This document shows positions 9,167-19,645 of a stretch of DNA of 64,000 nucleotides, in pieces (position 1 is the stretch's first letter; every line of letters starts with the position of its first letter). The translations under genes were made by a program, and so were the position numbers. The notes below the pieces were generated by a model. That model was not told the origin of the DNA. It made no database searches and worked only from the letters and a program-made list of their open reading frames with translations. Source of the DNA: Candidatus Altiarchaeales archaeon (GTDB lineage Archaea > Altiarchaeota > Altiarchaeia > IMC4 > SCGC-AAA252-I15); NCBI GenBank assembly GCA_014727915.1, contig WJMO01000006.1:32001-96000 (forward strand), in the 5' to 3' direction.

Positions 9167-12100
9167 GCGATACCAGGAGTCCCTGAGGGACGCCATTGAC
9201 AGGATATACAGTGTGGGAGCTGCTGCGAGGGAGAAGAGCCTAGACCCCCGGCGTGAGGTCGAGGCCATGCCCGCGGGAGACCTGGCCGCTAGGGTTGAGG
9301 GACTGGTGGGCCCGGAGGGCATAGCAGATAAGATCCGGAGCCTGGGTAGGGATAACCTGTCTGATATCGTCGACTTCATATTGGAGGCGAAATCCGGGGA
9401 GGACCGGGAAGCTCAGATAGAGCAGGCGCTGAGGACCTCCCTCGCCATATTGACGGAGGGTGTTGTGGCGGCCCCCATCGAGGGCATATCAGGGGTCAAG
9501 GTGAGGGAGAACCCTGACGGGAGCGAGTACCTTAGCATATACTTCGCAGGGCCCATAAGGAGCGCTGGGGGGACTGCCCAGGGCCTTGCATGCCTGGTCG
9601 GCGATTACATAAGGACCAAGATCGGGTTGCTGGGTTACCGGCCCACCGGGGACGAGGTGGAACGCTATGTTGAGGAGATTAAGCTGTATGACGAGCGGGC
9701 CAGCAGGCTGCAGTACATGCCAAGCGAGGACGAGATACGGAAGATAGTCAGCAAACTGGCGGTGTGCGTGGACGGGGACCCGACCGAGGTCTTTGAGGTG
9801 GCCATACACAGGGACCTGAAGAGGGTGGACTCCAACAGGATACGTGGGGGCATGTGCCTTGTCATAGCAGAGGGCCTGGCTCAGAAGAGCCTGAAGGTCA
9901 TGCGCCACGCGGATAAGCTGGGATTGGACTGGAGCTGGCTGGGAGAGCTGAAGAAGAACGCCACCACCTCCGATGAGCACAAGCCTAAGGCAAAGTTCAT
10001 GGACGAGGTCGTGGGTGGCAGGCCAATATTCTCGGCTCCCTCTGCAAAGGGGGGTTTCAGGCTGAGGTACGGGCACAGCAGGTGCAATGGGATAGCGGGC
10101 AAGTCAATGCACCCCGCTACTCTGATACTATTGGACGATTTCATAGCAACCGGCACGCAGGTCAAGGTTGAGAAGCCTGGCAAGGGATGTATCGTGACGG
10201 AATGCGACACCATAGACGGCCCTGTGGTGCTGCTGGAGGACGGTTCGGTCCGACGGGTAGAATCCAGGAGTGAAGCCTACGAGATGAAGGACAGGGTTAA
10301 GGAGATAATGTTCCTCGGGGACATACTCGTCTCATATGGGGATTTCCTTCAGACCAACACCAAGCTCATACCCTCAGGGTATGTGGAGGAGTGGTGGAGC
10401 GGAGAGTCGGGAGTCAACGAGGTCCCAAGCCCGGATGATGCTGTGAGGATATCCATGGAGGGGAACATACCATTGCATCCCAGGTACACCTACCACTGGT
10501 GCGACATAAGGGCTTCGCAGCTGAAGACCCTCGTTGACTGGCTGGCAACGGGGGAGCTGGACGGTAGCCTCAGCGTTGATAACAATGATCAGACTGCTAA
10601 GAGGGTTTTGGAGGAGCTTGGAGTCCCCCATGAGGTCCGAGAGGGCAAGGTGGTGATAGATGAAGCTGCTCCGCTGATGGTGCAGCTAGGGCTTGAAGGA
10701 CTGGACCGCAGAGGTTTTGACAAGGCCCTCACATCGCTTGATGAGGGGTCCAGCGGATACGACCTCGTCTGCAAGGCATGCAAGGTTCCTGTGAGGAAGA
10801 AGGTCGGGTCTTACATCGGCTGCAGGATGGGCCGGCCCGAGAAGGCTCGGGAGCGTAAGATGCAGCCTGCAGTTCATGGACTCTTCCCTATAGGCAACGC
10901 TGGGGGGAGGGAGCGAAGCATAAACGCGGCGGTGGAGAGGAACAGGGTGGAGGTGGAGGTGTCACAGTTCGTCTGCCCCCAATGCAGGAGGAGGATGATG
11001 CATCCCTTCTGCAGGGACTGCAATGCCAAAGCCGTTGGGGTCAGGTTCTGCAGGCTCTGCGGATACGCAGGGGATATGGAGACATGCCCGAAATGCAATG
11101 TGCACACGAGGCAGTACTCGAAGACCCATGTGGAGCTGAAGTCCCTGTGGGATGAGGCCATACGGAAGGTGGGGAAGTCCACGACCGTCAAGGGGGTCAT
11201 GGGCATGATATCCGAGAGCAAGATACCAGAGCCCGTGGAGAAGGGCCTGTTAAGGGCTTTGAACGGGATATACGTGTTCAAGGACGGGACCAGCAGGTTC
11301 GACGCGACTGACGCGCCGCTCACGCACTTCAGACCAGCGGAGATAGGGATGACCGTTGAGGGGATACGGGAACTCGGGTACGTCCGGGACTGGAAGGGTG
11401 AGGAGCTCGTCTCAGACGGGCAGGTGGTCGAGTTGATGGCCCAGGACATAATAGTCTCGGAATACTGCGGAACATACCTCGTGAGGATAGCGAAGTTCGT
11501 GGATGAGCTGCTGAGGAAATTCTACGGAATGGAAGCGTTCTACAACGTAGACGCCAGGGAGGAGATGATAGGCCACCTGGTTGCTGGCCTGGCGCCGCAC
11601 ACGTCAGCCGCGGTTGTGGGAAGGATAATAGGCTACACTAAGGCTAACGTATGCTATGCTCACCCGTTCTGGCACGCAGCCAAGAGGCGGAACTGCGACG
11701 GCGACGAGGACAGCATCATGCTTTTGTTGGACGTGCTGTTGAACTTCAGCAGGAGCTACCTACCCCAGAAACGCGGCGGTAAGATGGACGCGCCCCTCGT
11801 TGTGACCACCATAATGGACCCGCGCGAGATAGACGACGAAGCCCATAAGATGGAGATAGTCACAGAATATGGGAAGGAGTTCTACCTGAAGACGCTCGAG
11901 GAGGTGAACCCCTCCGACGTGGACGTTAAGGTAGTGCAGAGGGTACTGGACGAAAACCCCTTCGAGAGCATAGGCTTCACCCACGACACATCGGATGTTA
12001 CCGGCCCGGTTACCAGCAGCAGGTACGTAACCTTGAAGACGATGCATGAGAAGATGGAGGCACAGCTGGCGGTCGCTGAGAAGATTAGGGCCATAGACGA

Positions 12101-12437
12101 GAAGGAGGTCGCTGAGATCGTCATCAACAGCCATTTCCTAAGGGATACCTACGGGAACCTGAGGGCGTTCAGCAGGCAGCGTTTCAGGTGCGTGAAATGC
12201 AACGAGAACTACAGGAGGGTTCCTTTGGCGGGGAAGTGCAAGAAATGCGGCGGCAGGCTGTTGCTGACCGTCAGCGCAGGTAACATAACGAAGTATCTTA
12301 GGATGAGCATGGACATGGCAGAGAAGTACCAGCTGTCGGAATATCTGAAATCCAGGCTACGACTCTTGGAGAAGGACGTGGAGTCGCTGACCGTGAACGA
12401 CCTGGAGAAGCAGGTCAGCCTCGCGGACTTCATGTGA
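9150..12437 (+). CDS. polC: DNA polymerase D large subunit DP2
   Basis: 'GVVAAPIEGI', 'YFAGPIRSAGGTAQ', 'GGFRLRYG', 'RMGRPEKA', catalytic 'RRNCDGDED', Zn fingers and C-terminal PIP-like 'QVSLADFM'; no intein evident. Confidence 0.98.
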   Translation: MDENVRRYQESLRDAIDRIYSVGAAAREKSLDPRREVEAMPAGDLAARVEGLVGPEGIADKIRSLGRDNLSDIVDFILEAKSGEDREAQIEQALRTSLAILTEGVVAAPIEGISGVKVRENPDGSEYLSIYFAGPIRSAGGTAQGLACLVGDYIRTKIGLLGYRPTGDEVERYVEEIKLYDERASRLQYMPSEDEIRKIVSKLAVCVDGDPTEVFEVAIHRDLKRVDSNRIRGGMCLVIAEGLAQKSLKVMRHADKLGLDWSWLGELKKNATTSDEHKPKAKFMDEVVGGRPIFSAPSAKGGFRLRYGHSRCNGIAGKSMHPATLILLDDFIATGTQVKVEKPGKGCIVTECDTIDGPVVLLEDGSVRRVESRSEAYEMKDRVKEIMFLGDILVSYGDFLQTNTKLIPSGYVEEWWSGESGVNEVPSPDDAVRISMEGNIPLHPRYTYHWCDIRASQLKTLVDWLATGELDGSLSVDNNDQTAKRVLEELGVPHEVREGKVVIDEAAPLMVQLGLEGLDRRGFDKALTSLDEGSSGYDLVCKACKVPVRKKVGSYIGCRMGRPEKARERKMQPAVHGLFPIGNAGGRERSINAAVERNRVEVEVSQFVCPQCRRRMMHPFCRDCNAKAVGVRFCRLCGYAGDMETCPKCNVHTRQYSKTHVELKSLWDEAIRKVGKSTTVKGVMGMISESKIPEPVEKGLLRALNGIYVFKDGTSRFDATDAPLTHFRPAEIGMTVEGIRELGYVRDWKGEELVSDGQVVELMAQDIIVSEYCGTYLVRIAKFVDELLRKFYGMEAFYNVDAREEMIGHLVAGLAPHTSAAVVGRIIGYTKANVCYAHPFWHAAKRRNCDGDEDSIMLLLDVLLNFSRSYLPQKRGGKMDAPLVVTTIMDPREIDDEAHKMEIVTEYGKEFYLKTLEEVNPSDVDVKVVQRVLDENPFESIGFTHDTSDVTGPVTSSRYVTLKTMHEKMEAQLAVAEKIRAIDEKEVAEIVINSHFLRDTYGNLRAFSRQRFRCVKCNENYRRVPLAGKCKKCGGRLLLTVSAGNITKYLRMSMDMAEKYQLSEYLKSRLRLLEKDVESLTVNDLEKQVSLADFM

Positions 12438-12443
12438 AAACGC

Positions 12444-12926
12444 CTATTTCCGGGACTCTACCTCCAAGAACACCCTGGTCCTCGCCTCTCTCGATTCAGG
12501 GTCTTGCTCGTTCCTGGCTGTGACGTCGATGGTGTACCTGCCCTCGAGTATGCCAGGCTTTGTCTTGACCTTAAACGATGTCTTCCTCGTTCCCTGAGGG
12601 CCTATGGGTATGCTCATGCTACGGTAGGATTGGGTGTAGGATTCCTCGAAGTATATGTCGTCGTCGTTCGCATTCCCTTCGACGACCAATGTGGCCTTCT
12701 CATCGGATTCGACATTCTTCAGCTCTATCTGCAGGGTAGTGGAACCGCCAGGCGGTATCTTCGCAGGGTCTGCCTTCACCTTCAAGCCGACGCCGCCGGT
12801 GACCCTGAACCCAGAGGGCATTGACGTGAAGAGCAGGGCCGCGACCGCTACCAAGAGCAGAACTGCTATGACAGACCTCCACCGTATCCTGTAAACTATA
12901 GACCTTATCCTCGTTATGCCTGACAT
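12444..12926 (-). CDS. Membrane-anchored Ig-like hypothetical protein
   Basis: One N-terminal TM segment followed by a beta-rich domain ending 'EGRYTIDVTA'. Confidence 0.6.
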   Translation of the reverse strand: MSGITRIRSIVYRIRWRSVIAVLLLVAVAALLFTSMPSGFRVTGGVGLKVKADPAKIPPGGSTTLQIELKNVESDEKATLVVEGNANDDDIYFEESYTQSYRSMSIPIGPQGTRKTSFKVKTKPGILEGRYTIDVTARNEQDPESREARTRVFLEVESRK

Positions 12927-12964
12927 CTCTTTTTAACTATCGTCAAGAATAAATAAAAGAACGG

Positions 12965-13654
12965 GTGAATGATGTGATAGGGTTGATTGGAGGCACTCTC
13001 CTGCCTGAAACAAGATTGCTCGGCGAATGCGAGGAAAGGAGCGTGGATACACCCTATGGCGGGGTTGATCTGCTGGCCGGCCCTGATGCCGCGTTCATAA
13101 ACAGGCACCGCGGGGATGTGCCGCCGCACAGGGTAAACCACAGGGCCAACATATGGGCGCTCAAGAGCCTGACTGACACTGTCATAGGCGTTGGTTCTGC
13201 TGGAAGCTTGAAGGCGGGTCTGACACCTCCCGTGATAATAGTGCCCTCTGACTACATCGAATTGGAGCCGGTGACATTCTACGACGAGGAGATAAAGCAT
13301 GTCACCCCCGGCTTCGACGAAGACCTTCGGAACTCAATATTGAGGGTGGCTGGAGAAAACGGCATAAAGGTCCAGGGGGGAGTGTATTACCAGACAAGGG
13401 GCCCGAGGTTGGAGACGAAGGCGGAGATAAGGATGATGGCAGACTACGCGGACATCGTCGGCATGACCATAGGCTCGGAGGCGACGCTCGCACGGGAGGC
13501 GGGTCTGAAGTATGCTGCCATATGCTGCGCGGACAACTTCGCCCATGGGATAGCGGATGAGAAGCTCGACTTCGAGGCGGTGAAGGAGATATCAAGGAAG
13601 AACAGCATCTTGGTCGAGGAGCTTCTAGCAGAGGTTTTGGAGGAGCTACGTTGA
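12965..13654 (+). CDS. mtnP: MTAP-family purine nucleoside phosphorylase (probable methylthioinosine phosphorylase)
   Basis: 'IGLIGGT', 'PPHRVNHRANIWAL', 'GPRLETKAEI', 'VGMT' and 'ADNFAHG'. Confidence 0.85.
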   Translation: MNDVIGLIGGTLLPETRLLGECEERSVDTPYGGVDLLAGPDAAFINRHRGDVPPHRVNHRANIWALKSLTDTVIGVGSAGSLKAGLTPPVIIVPSDYIELEPVTFYDEEIKHVTPGFDEDLRNSILRVAGENGIKVQGGVYYQTRGPRLETKAEIRMMADYADIVGMTIGSEATLAREAGLKYAAICCADNFAHGIADEKLDFEAVKEISRKNSILVEELLAEVLEELR

Positions 13655-14898
13655 GTGTATTGATAAAGGACGTGCTGTTGGACGGGGAGGAGACCAGCAT
13701 ATACGTCGAGGAGAACACCATCAGAGGTATCGGATCTGACGCCGAAGCTGACAGGACCGTGGACGGGAGGGGTAAGGCCGCGATACCGGGTATGGTGAAC
13801 ACCCACACACACGCGGCCATGACCCTGTTCAGGGGATACGCGGACGACCTGCGCCTGCAGGAGTGGCTCCAGGAGCACATATGGCCCGCGGAAGCTAAGC
13901 TGACCGAAGAGGACGTTTACTGGGGCACCAGGCTCGCGTGCCTGGAGATGGTCAAGACGGGCACCACCTGCTTCAACGACATGTACTGGCATCTTAAAGG
14001 CGCTGTCAAGGCGGTGGAGGACTCGGGCATAAGGGGTGTGCTGAACAGCGTGTTCATAGACAAGTTCAACAAGGAAGACGCGAAGAAGCAGAGAAAACAG
14101 GCCGAGAAGGAGATGAAGGATGTCAAAGCATGTTCCAGGGTCACGCTGGCCCTCGGACCCCATGCGATCTACACGGTGACAGAGGAGAGCCTACAGTGGG
14201 CCAGAGAATACTCGGACAAGCACGATGTGCTGGTCCACTTCCACCTGAGCGAGACCGCCAAGGAGGTCGAGGACTGCAAGGAGGAGACTGGTATGCGTCC
14301 GGTCGAATACTTGGACAGCATAGGATTCCTGGGCCCCAACCTCGTATGCGCCCACTGCGTCTGGCTGGACGACAGGGAGATACGGTTGATGGGTGAGAGC
14401 GGCGTGAAGGTCTCCCACTGCCCCACATCCAACATGAAGCTCTCCGTCGGCGAAGCACTCGACTATGAGAAGCTGAAGCATGCCGGAGTCTGCGTGTCTC
14501 TCGGCACAGACGGATGCGCCAGCAACAACACCCTGGACATGTTCGAATCGATGAAGAACGCCGCCCTCCTTCAGAAGATATGGTACGGAGACCCCACCCG
14601 CCTGCCCGCTGGCGAAGCCTTCCGGATGGGCACCTCAGAGGGGGCGAAGGCACTGAAGTTGGACACTGGAGCGATAGAGGAGGGAAGGCTCGCGGACATA
14701 GTGCTCGTGGACTTGAAAAGGCCCGAGCTCACACCACACCACAACCTGGTATCGGACCTCGTGTACAGCGCCAGCGGAGGGTGCGTTGACACCGTAATCT
14801 GCGACGGAGAGGTGATAATGGAGAACGGGAGGGTGGATGGTGAGGAGGAGGTCATGGAGAAGGCAGAGGAGATAGTGGGCGACCTGTTTTCGAGGTAG
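13651..14898 (+). CDS. mtaD: 5'-methylthioadenosine/S-adenosylhomocysteine (5'-deoxyadenosine) deaminase
   Basis: 'NTHTHAAMTLFRGYADD', 'HFHLSET', 'HCPTSNMKL' and 'GTDGCASNN'; coupled to the phosphorylase. Confidence 0.88.
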   Translation: MSVLIKDVLLDGEETSIYVEENTIRGIGSDAEADRTVDGRGKAAIPGMVNTHTHAAMTLFRGYADDLRLQEWLQEHIWPAEAKLTEEDVYWGTRLACLEMVKTGTTCFNDMYWHLKGAVKAVEDSGIRGVLNSVFIDKFNKEDAKKQRKQAEKEMKDVKACSRVTLALGPHAIYTVTEESLQWAREYSDKHDVLVHFHLSETAKEVEDCKEETGMRPVEYLDSIGFLGPNLVCAHCVWLDDREIRLMGESGVKVSHCPTSNMKLSVGEALDYEKLKHAGVCVSLGTDGCASNNTLDMFESMKNAALLQKIWYGDPTRLPAGEAFRMGTSEGAKALKLDTGAIEEGRLADIVLVDLKRPELTPHHNLVSDLVYSASGGCVDTVICDGEVIMENGRVDGEEEVMEKAEEIVGDLFSR

Positions 14899-14903
14899 GT
14901 TGG

Positions 14904-16988
14904 ATGGCATCCGAGGAGAACATAGCTAGGATAATATATGCCCTCCCCGTTGTCGTCTTCGCCCTGTTCCTGATACATTTCATAAGATGTGACGAGTACC
15001 CGAACCACCTCGAGCTCGGAGACGTGCGACTGGCAGACTCCATCGACATGGGCGACTTTTTATCTGAGAAGTGGCACAGCTACTGGAACCCTGAAAAGGG
15101 CGCAGGCAACATTCGTTCATGGACGTTGGACAGCAGGATAAACGACAGGGTGAGCGAGGACGAATGCCGGTCGCGGAACCAACATGAGAAGTTCATGATG
15201 AGCACCGTCCGGGGGAGGGACCACATCCTCGTCGTCAGGATGTACAAGGGAGACAACAGGACCTCCGTGTCCGTTAACGGCGAACCTTTAGGCCTTCTCG
15301 AATATCCTGAAAACCAGGACCTGCAGGGGTGGAGATACCAGACCGCGGTTATACCGGGGGAGAGGGTGGTAGGGGATGATATAAGCATATGGTTGGACAG
15401 CGAGAGCACCGACACCCTCGTGAACACATGCCATGTAATGCTATACACCAGCTCAACGGCTGGTGAGAGGATGTCTTTGGCTTTTCTCAAGGCTCTTGCC
15501 TGCACCACAGTGGTTTCGGCTGCCGCATATGTTATCTGCACCCTCTACTCTAGGAGGAATATCACCCTCATGATATTCATCCTGGGGCTCATACCGCCGA
15601 TTATCTACTCATACTATGTGATGGACGCCCAGACACACGTCCCCGACAACATCTCCATACTTTTCCAGTCCCGGGTTTTCGCATCCGGCAGGCTCTATGG
15701 GAGGGCGCCGGAGATGCCGGAGTTCTTCGGCTTCAAGTTCGCTGTGATGGAGGAGGGCAGGTGGTACAGCAGGTACGAGCCGGGGCACGCCCTCACCCTC
15801 CTACCAGGTGTAGTGGCGGGGGTTCCCTGGGCGGTCAATCCACTGTTGGGGGCTTTGACCATGGTTGTGACATACTTGGCAGGCAAGCACATGTTCGATG
15901 ATAGGACAGGATACTATGCCGCGATGTTGGGTGTGGCGTCGCCGCTTTACATATACTTAGCTGGCTCTTTCTTCAGGCATGTTCCAGCAACTCTCTATCT
16001 CTCAGCCTTCCTATTGTCATATTTCCTGGGTGAAAAACGAGGACAGCCGAGATACTATCTCATGTCTGCAGTCTTCCTGGGCATGGCCTTGACAACGCGT
16101 TTCGGGGCTTCCCTGGCATACGCACTCCCGGTAATAGCATACCACACAAAAATGGCGGCTGGAGAATCCAGGTTGAGGGACGTGTCCAAGTGGATGTTGC
16201 TGATCCTGTTGGGGTTCATGGCTGGGTTGTCCGCCTACAACATGGTCCTGTCCGGTGATGCGGGCACTCTCATATTCAACACCGCAGAGAGAGGGGACAG
16301 CATAGGCTTCGGCCCTGAAAAAGGTTCCTGGCCCATGTATGGCGGAACAGGGCACACTCCCTCAAAGGGCATCTTCAACGTCTTATTGAACCTGGAGAGG
16401 ATGAACGATAGGTTCCTAGGATGGCCTGTGCTGATATTCGGCGCTGTGCTTTTCCTGGGTTACAAGAAGGACAGGTGGGACTGGATGATAGCCTCGATAA
16501 TAGCCACATACGTCCTAAGCCAGATGATTTACTGGGCCAACGGAGACACCCCGAACCCGAGATACTTCTTCGAGATAACCCCCCTGGCGCTGTTGCTGAT
16601 CGCGAGGGGAATACGGGGTGTGAGCAGAGGGGAAACGCTATTCGTGGCCTTCCTGATTTTGACTGTTGTGAGCTCGTTCGCGGAGCTTGGGCAGACTCTT
16701 GACGGTTACCTCCCGAGGGATGAGTCCTACTCTGACCTAAAGAGGATGATCGACCACGAGGTAGAGGACAACTCGGTGGTGTTCATCAGAGGCTACAATC
16801 ACGTCTACTTCGCATACTTGAACGCGCCATCCGCAGACGGTAGGATAGTCTACCCCAGGTGGGTCAGCAGGAGTGGGAACCGAAAACTCATGATAAGCCA
16901 TTACCCCGGGAGGAGATGCTACGTCTTTGAGAAGTCCGATGAGATAGAGCCGATATTGTCATCTTGTGACTTCATGCCCTCATCCTAG
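14904..16988 (+). CDS. GT-C fold (ArnT/PMT-like) membrane glycosyltransferase with extracellular N-terminal domain
   Basis: Many TM helices; 'PD...LFQSRVFASGRL', 'SRYEPG' and 'PRYFFE'. Confidence 0.7.
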   Translation: MASEENIARIIYALPVVVFALFLIHFIRCDEYPNHLELGDVRLADSIDMGDFLSEKWHSYWNPEKGAGNIRSWTLDSRINDRVSEDECRSRNQHEKFMMSTVRGRDHILVVRMYKGDNRTSVSVNGEPLGLLEYPENQDLQGWRYQTAVIPGERVVGDDISIWLDSESTDTLVNTCHVMLYTSSTAGERMSLAFLKALACTTVVSAAAYVICTLYSRRNITLMIFILGLIPPIIYSYYVMDAQTHVPDNISILFQSRVFASGRLYGRAPEMPEFFGFKFAVMEEGRWYSRYEPGHALTLLPGVVAGVPWAVNPLLGALTMVVTYLAGKHMFDDRTGYYAAMLGVASPLYIYLAGSFFRHVPATLYLSAFLLSYFLGEKRGQPRYYLMSAVFLGMALTTRFGASLAYALPVIAYHTKMAAGESRLRDVSKWMLLILLGFMAGLSAYNMVLSGDAGTLIFNTAERGDSIGFGPEKGSWPMYGGTGHTPSKGIFNVLLNLERMNDRFLGWPVLIFGAVLFLGYKKDRWDWMIASIIATYVLSQMIYWANGDTPNPRYFFEITPLALLLIARGIRGVSRGETLFVAFLILTVVSSFAELGQTLDGYLPRDESYSDLKRMIDHEVEDNSVVFIRGYNHVYFAYLNAPSADGRIVYPRWVSRSGNRKLMISHYPGRRCYVFEKSDEIEPILSSCDFMPSS

Positions 16989-17678
16989 GAGTCGCCATCT
17001 GACAACCTTCAGCGCGTAGACCACGCCGGTGACCACCAACATAGCCCTTCTAGTGTATGAGAGCTTTGTCTTGCCTATGCGGGGCCTGAAGTCCGTGTCA
17101 ACCTCCTCGACCTCCAAACCCGACATGTAGGCGGTGGAAAGCCAGTCATAACACCAGGAGAAACCGTTTTCGGTGAGTTTTGGCAGCATCTTCTCGACTG
17201 AGTCGCGGGTGAAACCCCAGTATCCCGTGAGCGCATCGCGTATCTGCCATCCCATCACCACGGAGAGGATGGCCTGTATCGTCTTCTTCACGAGTATGGT
17301 GGGCCAGCCGAGGACCTGCTTCTGCTTCTTGAAATCCCGCACGCCCAACGCCACGTCCGCGCCTGACTCTAGCCTTGAGAGCATCTTCGGAAGGTCGGGC
17401 GGGCTGTCCGTGTAGTCTGAGTCCATCTGGAACATGTAATCATAGCCATGCTCCAGGAAGTACTCCATGCCCGTTTTCAAACCGCTGCCCTGGCCACGGC
17501 CGTATTTGGCTTCCAGGACCTTCCAACCCAGTTCTTTGGCAACCTCGACAGTCCTGTCGGTGCTGTAGCTGTCGACGACGAGAACGTCGAATCCGCCGGG
17601 TATCTCGGGAGCTAGCTTGACTAGGGCTGCTTCCTCGTTTAGGGTCGGAAGCACGAGCAGCGACTTCGCTCCGTCCAT
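16980..17678 (-). CDS. Glycosyltransferase family 2 (polyprenol-phosphate glycosyltransferase-like)
   Basis: 'LPTLNEE', 'VVDSYSTDRT', DxD 'MDSD' and 'RPRIGKTKL'. Confidence 0.85.
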   Translation of the reverse strand: MDGAKSLLVLPTLNEEAALVKLAPEIPGGFDVLVVDSYSTDRTVEVAKELGWKVLEAKYGRGQGSGLKTGMEYFLEHGYDYMFQMDSDYTDSPPDLPKMLSRLESGADVALGVRDFKKQKQVLGWPTILVKKTIQAILSVVMGWQIRDALTGYWGFTRDSVEKMLPKLTENGFSWCYDWLSTAYMSGLEVEEVDTDFRPRIGKTKLSYTRRAMLVVTGVVYALKVVRWRLLG

Positions 17679-17737
17679 GAAATGATTGTGAAGTCTATCA
17701 TTATAACTTTAAACGCAGACTACCATGTTTAAGGGAT

Positions 17738-18301
17738 ATGCTGGAACTGCTTCGTAAGTCCCTGGAAGATGCGCCGGTTATGAGGAGGGGCGAGTACAAT
17801 TATTTCATACATCCTCTGACGGACAGCATACCACCCATAGAGCCAGGGCTTGTCAGGGAGGTGTGTGAGGCGATAGAGAGACGCGCCGACCTGGACGTGG
17901 ACTATATCGTCACCATGGAAGCCATGGGCATCCACATCTCGGCTGTGCTTTCCCAGATGACCGGCCTGCCATTGAACATAGTGAGGAAGCGTTCCTACGG
18001 CCTCCCCGGGGAGGTGGTGTTGGACCAGAGCACCGGCTACAGCAGGGGCGAGATGTACCTGAACTCCGTGAGGAAGGGGGACATCGTCACGGTCGTGGAT
18101 GCGGTCATAAGCACGGGGGGTACGTTGAAGGCCGTCCTATCCGGTCTCCGGAGAGCGGGGGCGATAGTAAAGGACGTGATATGCGTGATAGAGAGGGGGG
18201 ACGGCCTCAGGGGCGTTGAGGAGTGCACCGGGTTCACCGTGAAGACGCTGGCTAAGATAGAGGTTGGTGAAAAAGTGGATATCGTCAGGGTCTTGGATTA
18301 A
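17738..18301 (+). CDS. hpt: Archaeal hypoxanthine/guanine phosphoribosyltransferase (Apt-like)
   Basis: 'YNYFIHPLTD', 'EAMGIH', 'RKRSYGLPGE', 'QSTGYS' and PRPP loop 'VVDAVISTGGT'. Confidence 0.85.
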   Translation: MLELLRKSLEDAPVMRRGEYNYFIHPLTDSIPPIEPGLVREVCEAIERRADLDVDYIVTMEAMGIHISAVLSQMTGLPLNIVRKRSYGLPGEVVLDQSTGYSRGEMYLNSVRKGDIVTVVDAVISTGGTLKAVLSGLRRAGAIVKDVICVIERGDGLRGVEECTGFTVKTLAKIEVGEKVDIVRVLD

Positions 18302-18327
18302 AAAACGAGTATTACAGATTAGTTACG

Positions 18328-18609
18328 ATGGCGACGGTGATAGAGGCGGGTCAGAGGCAGACGTCATCAGAGATAGCGCAGGCAGCCCAGCTGATCCAGG
18401 AGACATCACGAGTTGAAACAGCGCACAACGTGCCTATAATAAAGGACAACCTGGCCATAACAACCATATTGAAGTCGAACAACCGGGTTAGCAGGTGGTT
18501 GGACCGGTGCTTCCTGGCCACTGGAAGCCTGAGCAAGAGGACGTTCGGGAGCATAGGAAGGGTATCAACCGTGTTGAACGGGCTTTCCAGGATGGTGAGA
18601 GGTCTTTAG
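18328..18609 (+). CDS. Hypothetical protein
   Basis: 93-aa ATG ORF abutting the next gene. Confidence 0.5.
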   Translation: MATVIEAGQRQTSSEIAQAAQLIQETSRVETAHNVPIIKDNLAITTILKSNNRVSRWLDRCFLATGSLSKRTFGSIGRVSTVLNGLSRMVRGL

Positions 18610-19584
18610 ATGGACGAACCGACCGACCGATCGCTTAAGATACAGGGCCTGACAAGGGAGGAGTATGACTCCCTCAGCGACGAGGGCAAGTCCGTGATAG
18701 CAGGCAGGAGCCGCAGGCTGGGCGAGTACTATAACATAACATTGGCTGCGGAGCTGTTGAACGCCATACTAGACGAGGACCCCTCAAGGAATTCTTTCAT
18801 ATCCGAGGCGCTGGAGGGAAGGCACCCCAGCTTCGAGGAGACCGTAAGGGACATCATCAGAGACTACATGGACGCCAACGTCAACTCGTCCATCAAAGAC
18901 TACTACAAGATAAAGTACTCTGGACAGGACATAATGTCACAGCACCAGAGGGCCTCAGCAGGGTCGGAAGCCGAGGACATCATAGGAGGTGCAGGGGAAA
19001 CACGCCCGCCATCGGCGGAGACCGCGCCATCCCAGCCCCATAGTGACCCAGAACCCGAGGTAACAACACCAATAGCTTCTGACCCGGCACAGGCCACACC
19101 AGCACCCTCTAACGCGACACCTGCCACGCCGACATCATCCCCTGAAAAAACGACAGACAAGGCACCAACTTCGGACTCGCCTATTCCGCCTCCCCCACAC
19201 GAATCTCCAACGCCCAGCGCAACAACTGAGCCAGACCATCCGCTCTCAACAGAGCCTTCACAGACAACGCCACCTGCAACAGTTGATGCAGCAGGTGAAT
19301 CCGCGCCATCTGACAGCATTTACCCCGAGGACCGCCGGAGGAACATCGCCTCCATACTCGCTGCCAGGGAGGGAAGGGACAGCGAGAGCGTATTGAAGAC
19401 AGAGGAGGATGTGATTGACAGGATCATGGCCGTCACTGACGAGAACAGAAACCTTGGCCTCCGGGACGAGGACGTCTGCAGAGCCTGCGAGGAGATGATA
19501 AAGGACACCGACATCGAATTCTTTATGGAGGCGCTGATGCCAGGCCAACGGCAGGAACTGATAAGAAGAGCCCAGAAGAAGTGA
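18610..19584 (+). CDS. Hypothetical protein with central Pro/Ser/Thr/Ala-rich linker
   Basis: Two helical-looking domains separated by a ~110-aa low-complexity linker. Confidence 0.6.
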   Translation: MDEPTDRSLKIQGLTREEYDSLSDEGKSVIAGRSRRLGEYYNITLAAELLNAILDEDPSRNSFISEALEGRHPSFEETVRDIIRDYMDANVNSSIKDYYKIKYSGQDIMSQHQRASAGSEAEDIIGGAGETRPPSAETAPSQPHSDPEPEVTTPIASDPAQATPAPSNATPATPTSSPEKTTDKAPTSDSPIPPPPHESPTPSATTEPDHPLSTEPSQTTPPATVDAAGESAPSDSIYPEDRRRNIASILAAREGRDSESVLKTEEDVIDRIMAVTDENRNLGLRDEDVCRACEEMIKDTDIEFFMEALMPGQRQELIRRAQKK

Positions 19585-19645
19585 ATATTGTTTATGGCCG
19601 GTGGGTTTTTTAAAGAAGTGGGAGTCATTGGATAATGGTGGTCTG

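Noticed and set aside
9150-12437. Intein in DP2, or replication origin beside polB/polC
   Set aside because: Catalytic region is contiguous and of normal length; no intergenic space or cdc6 adjacent
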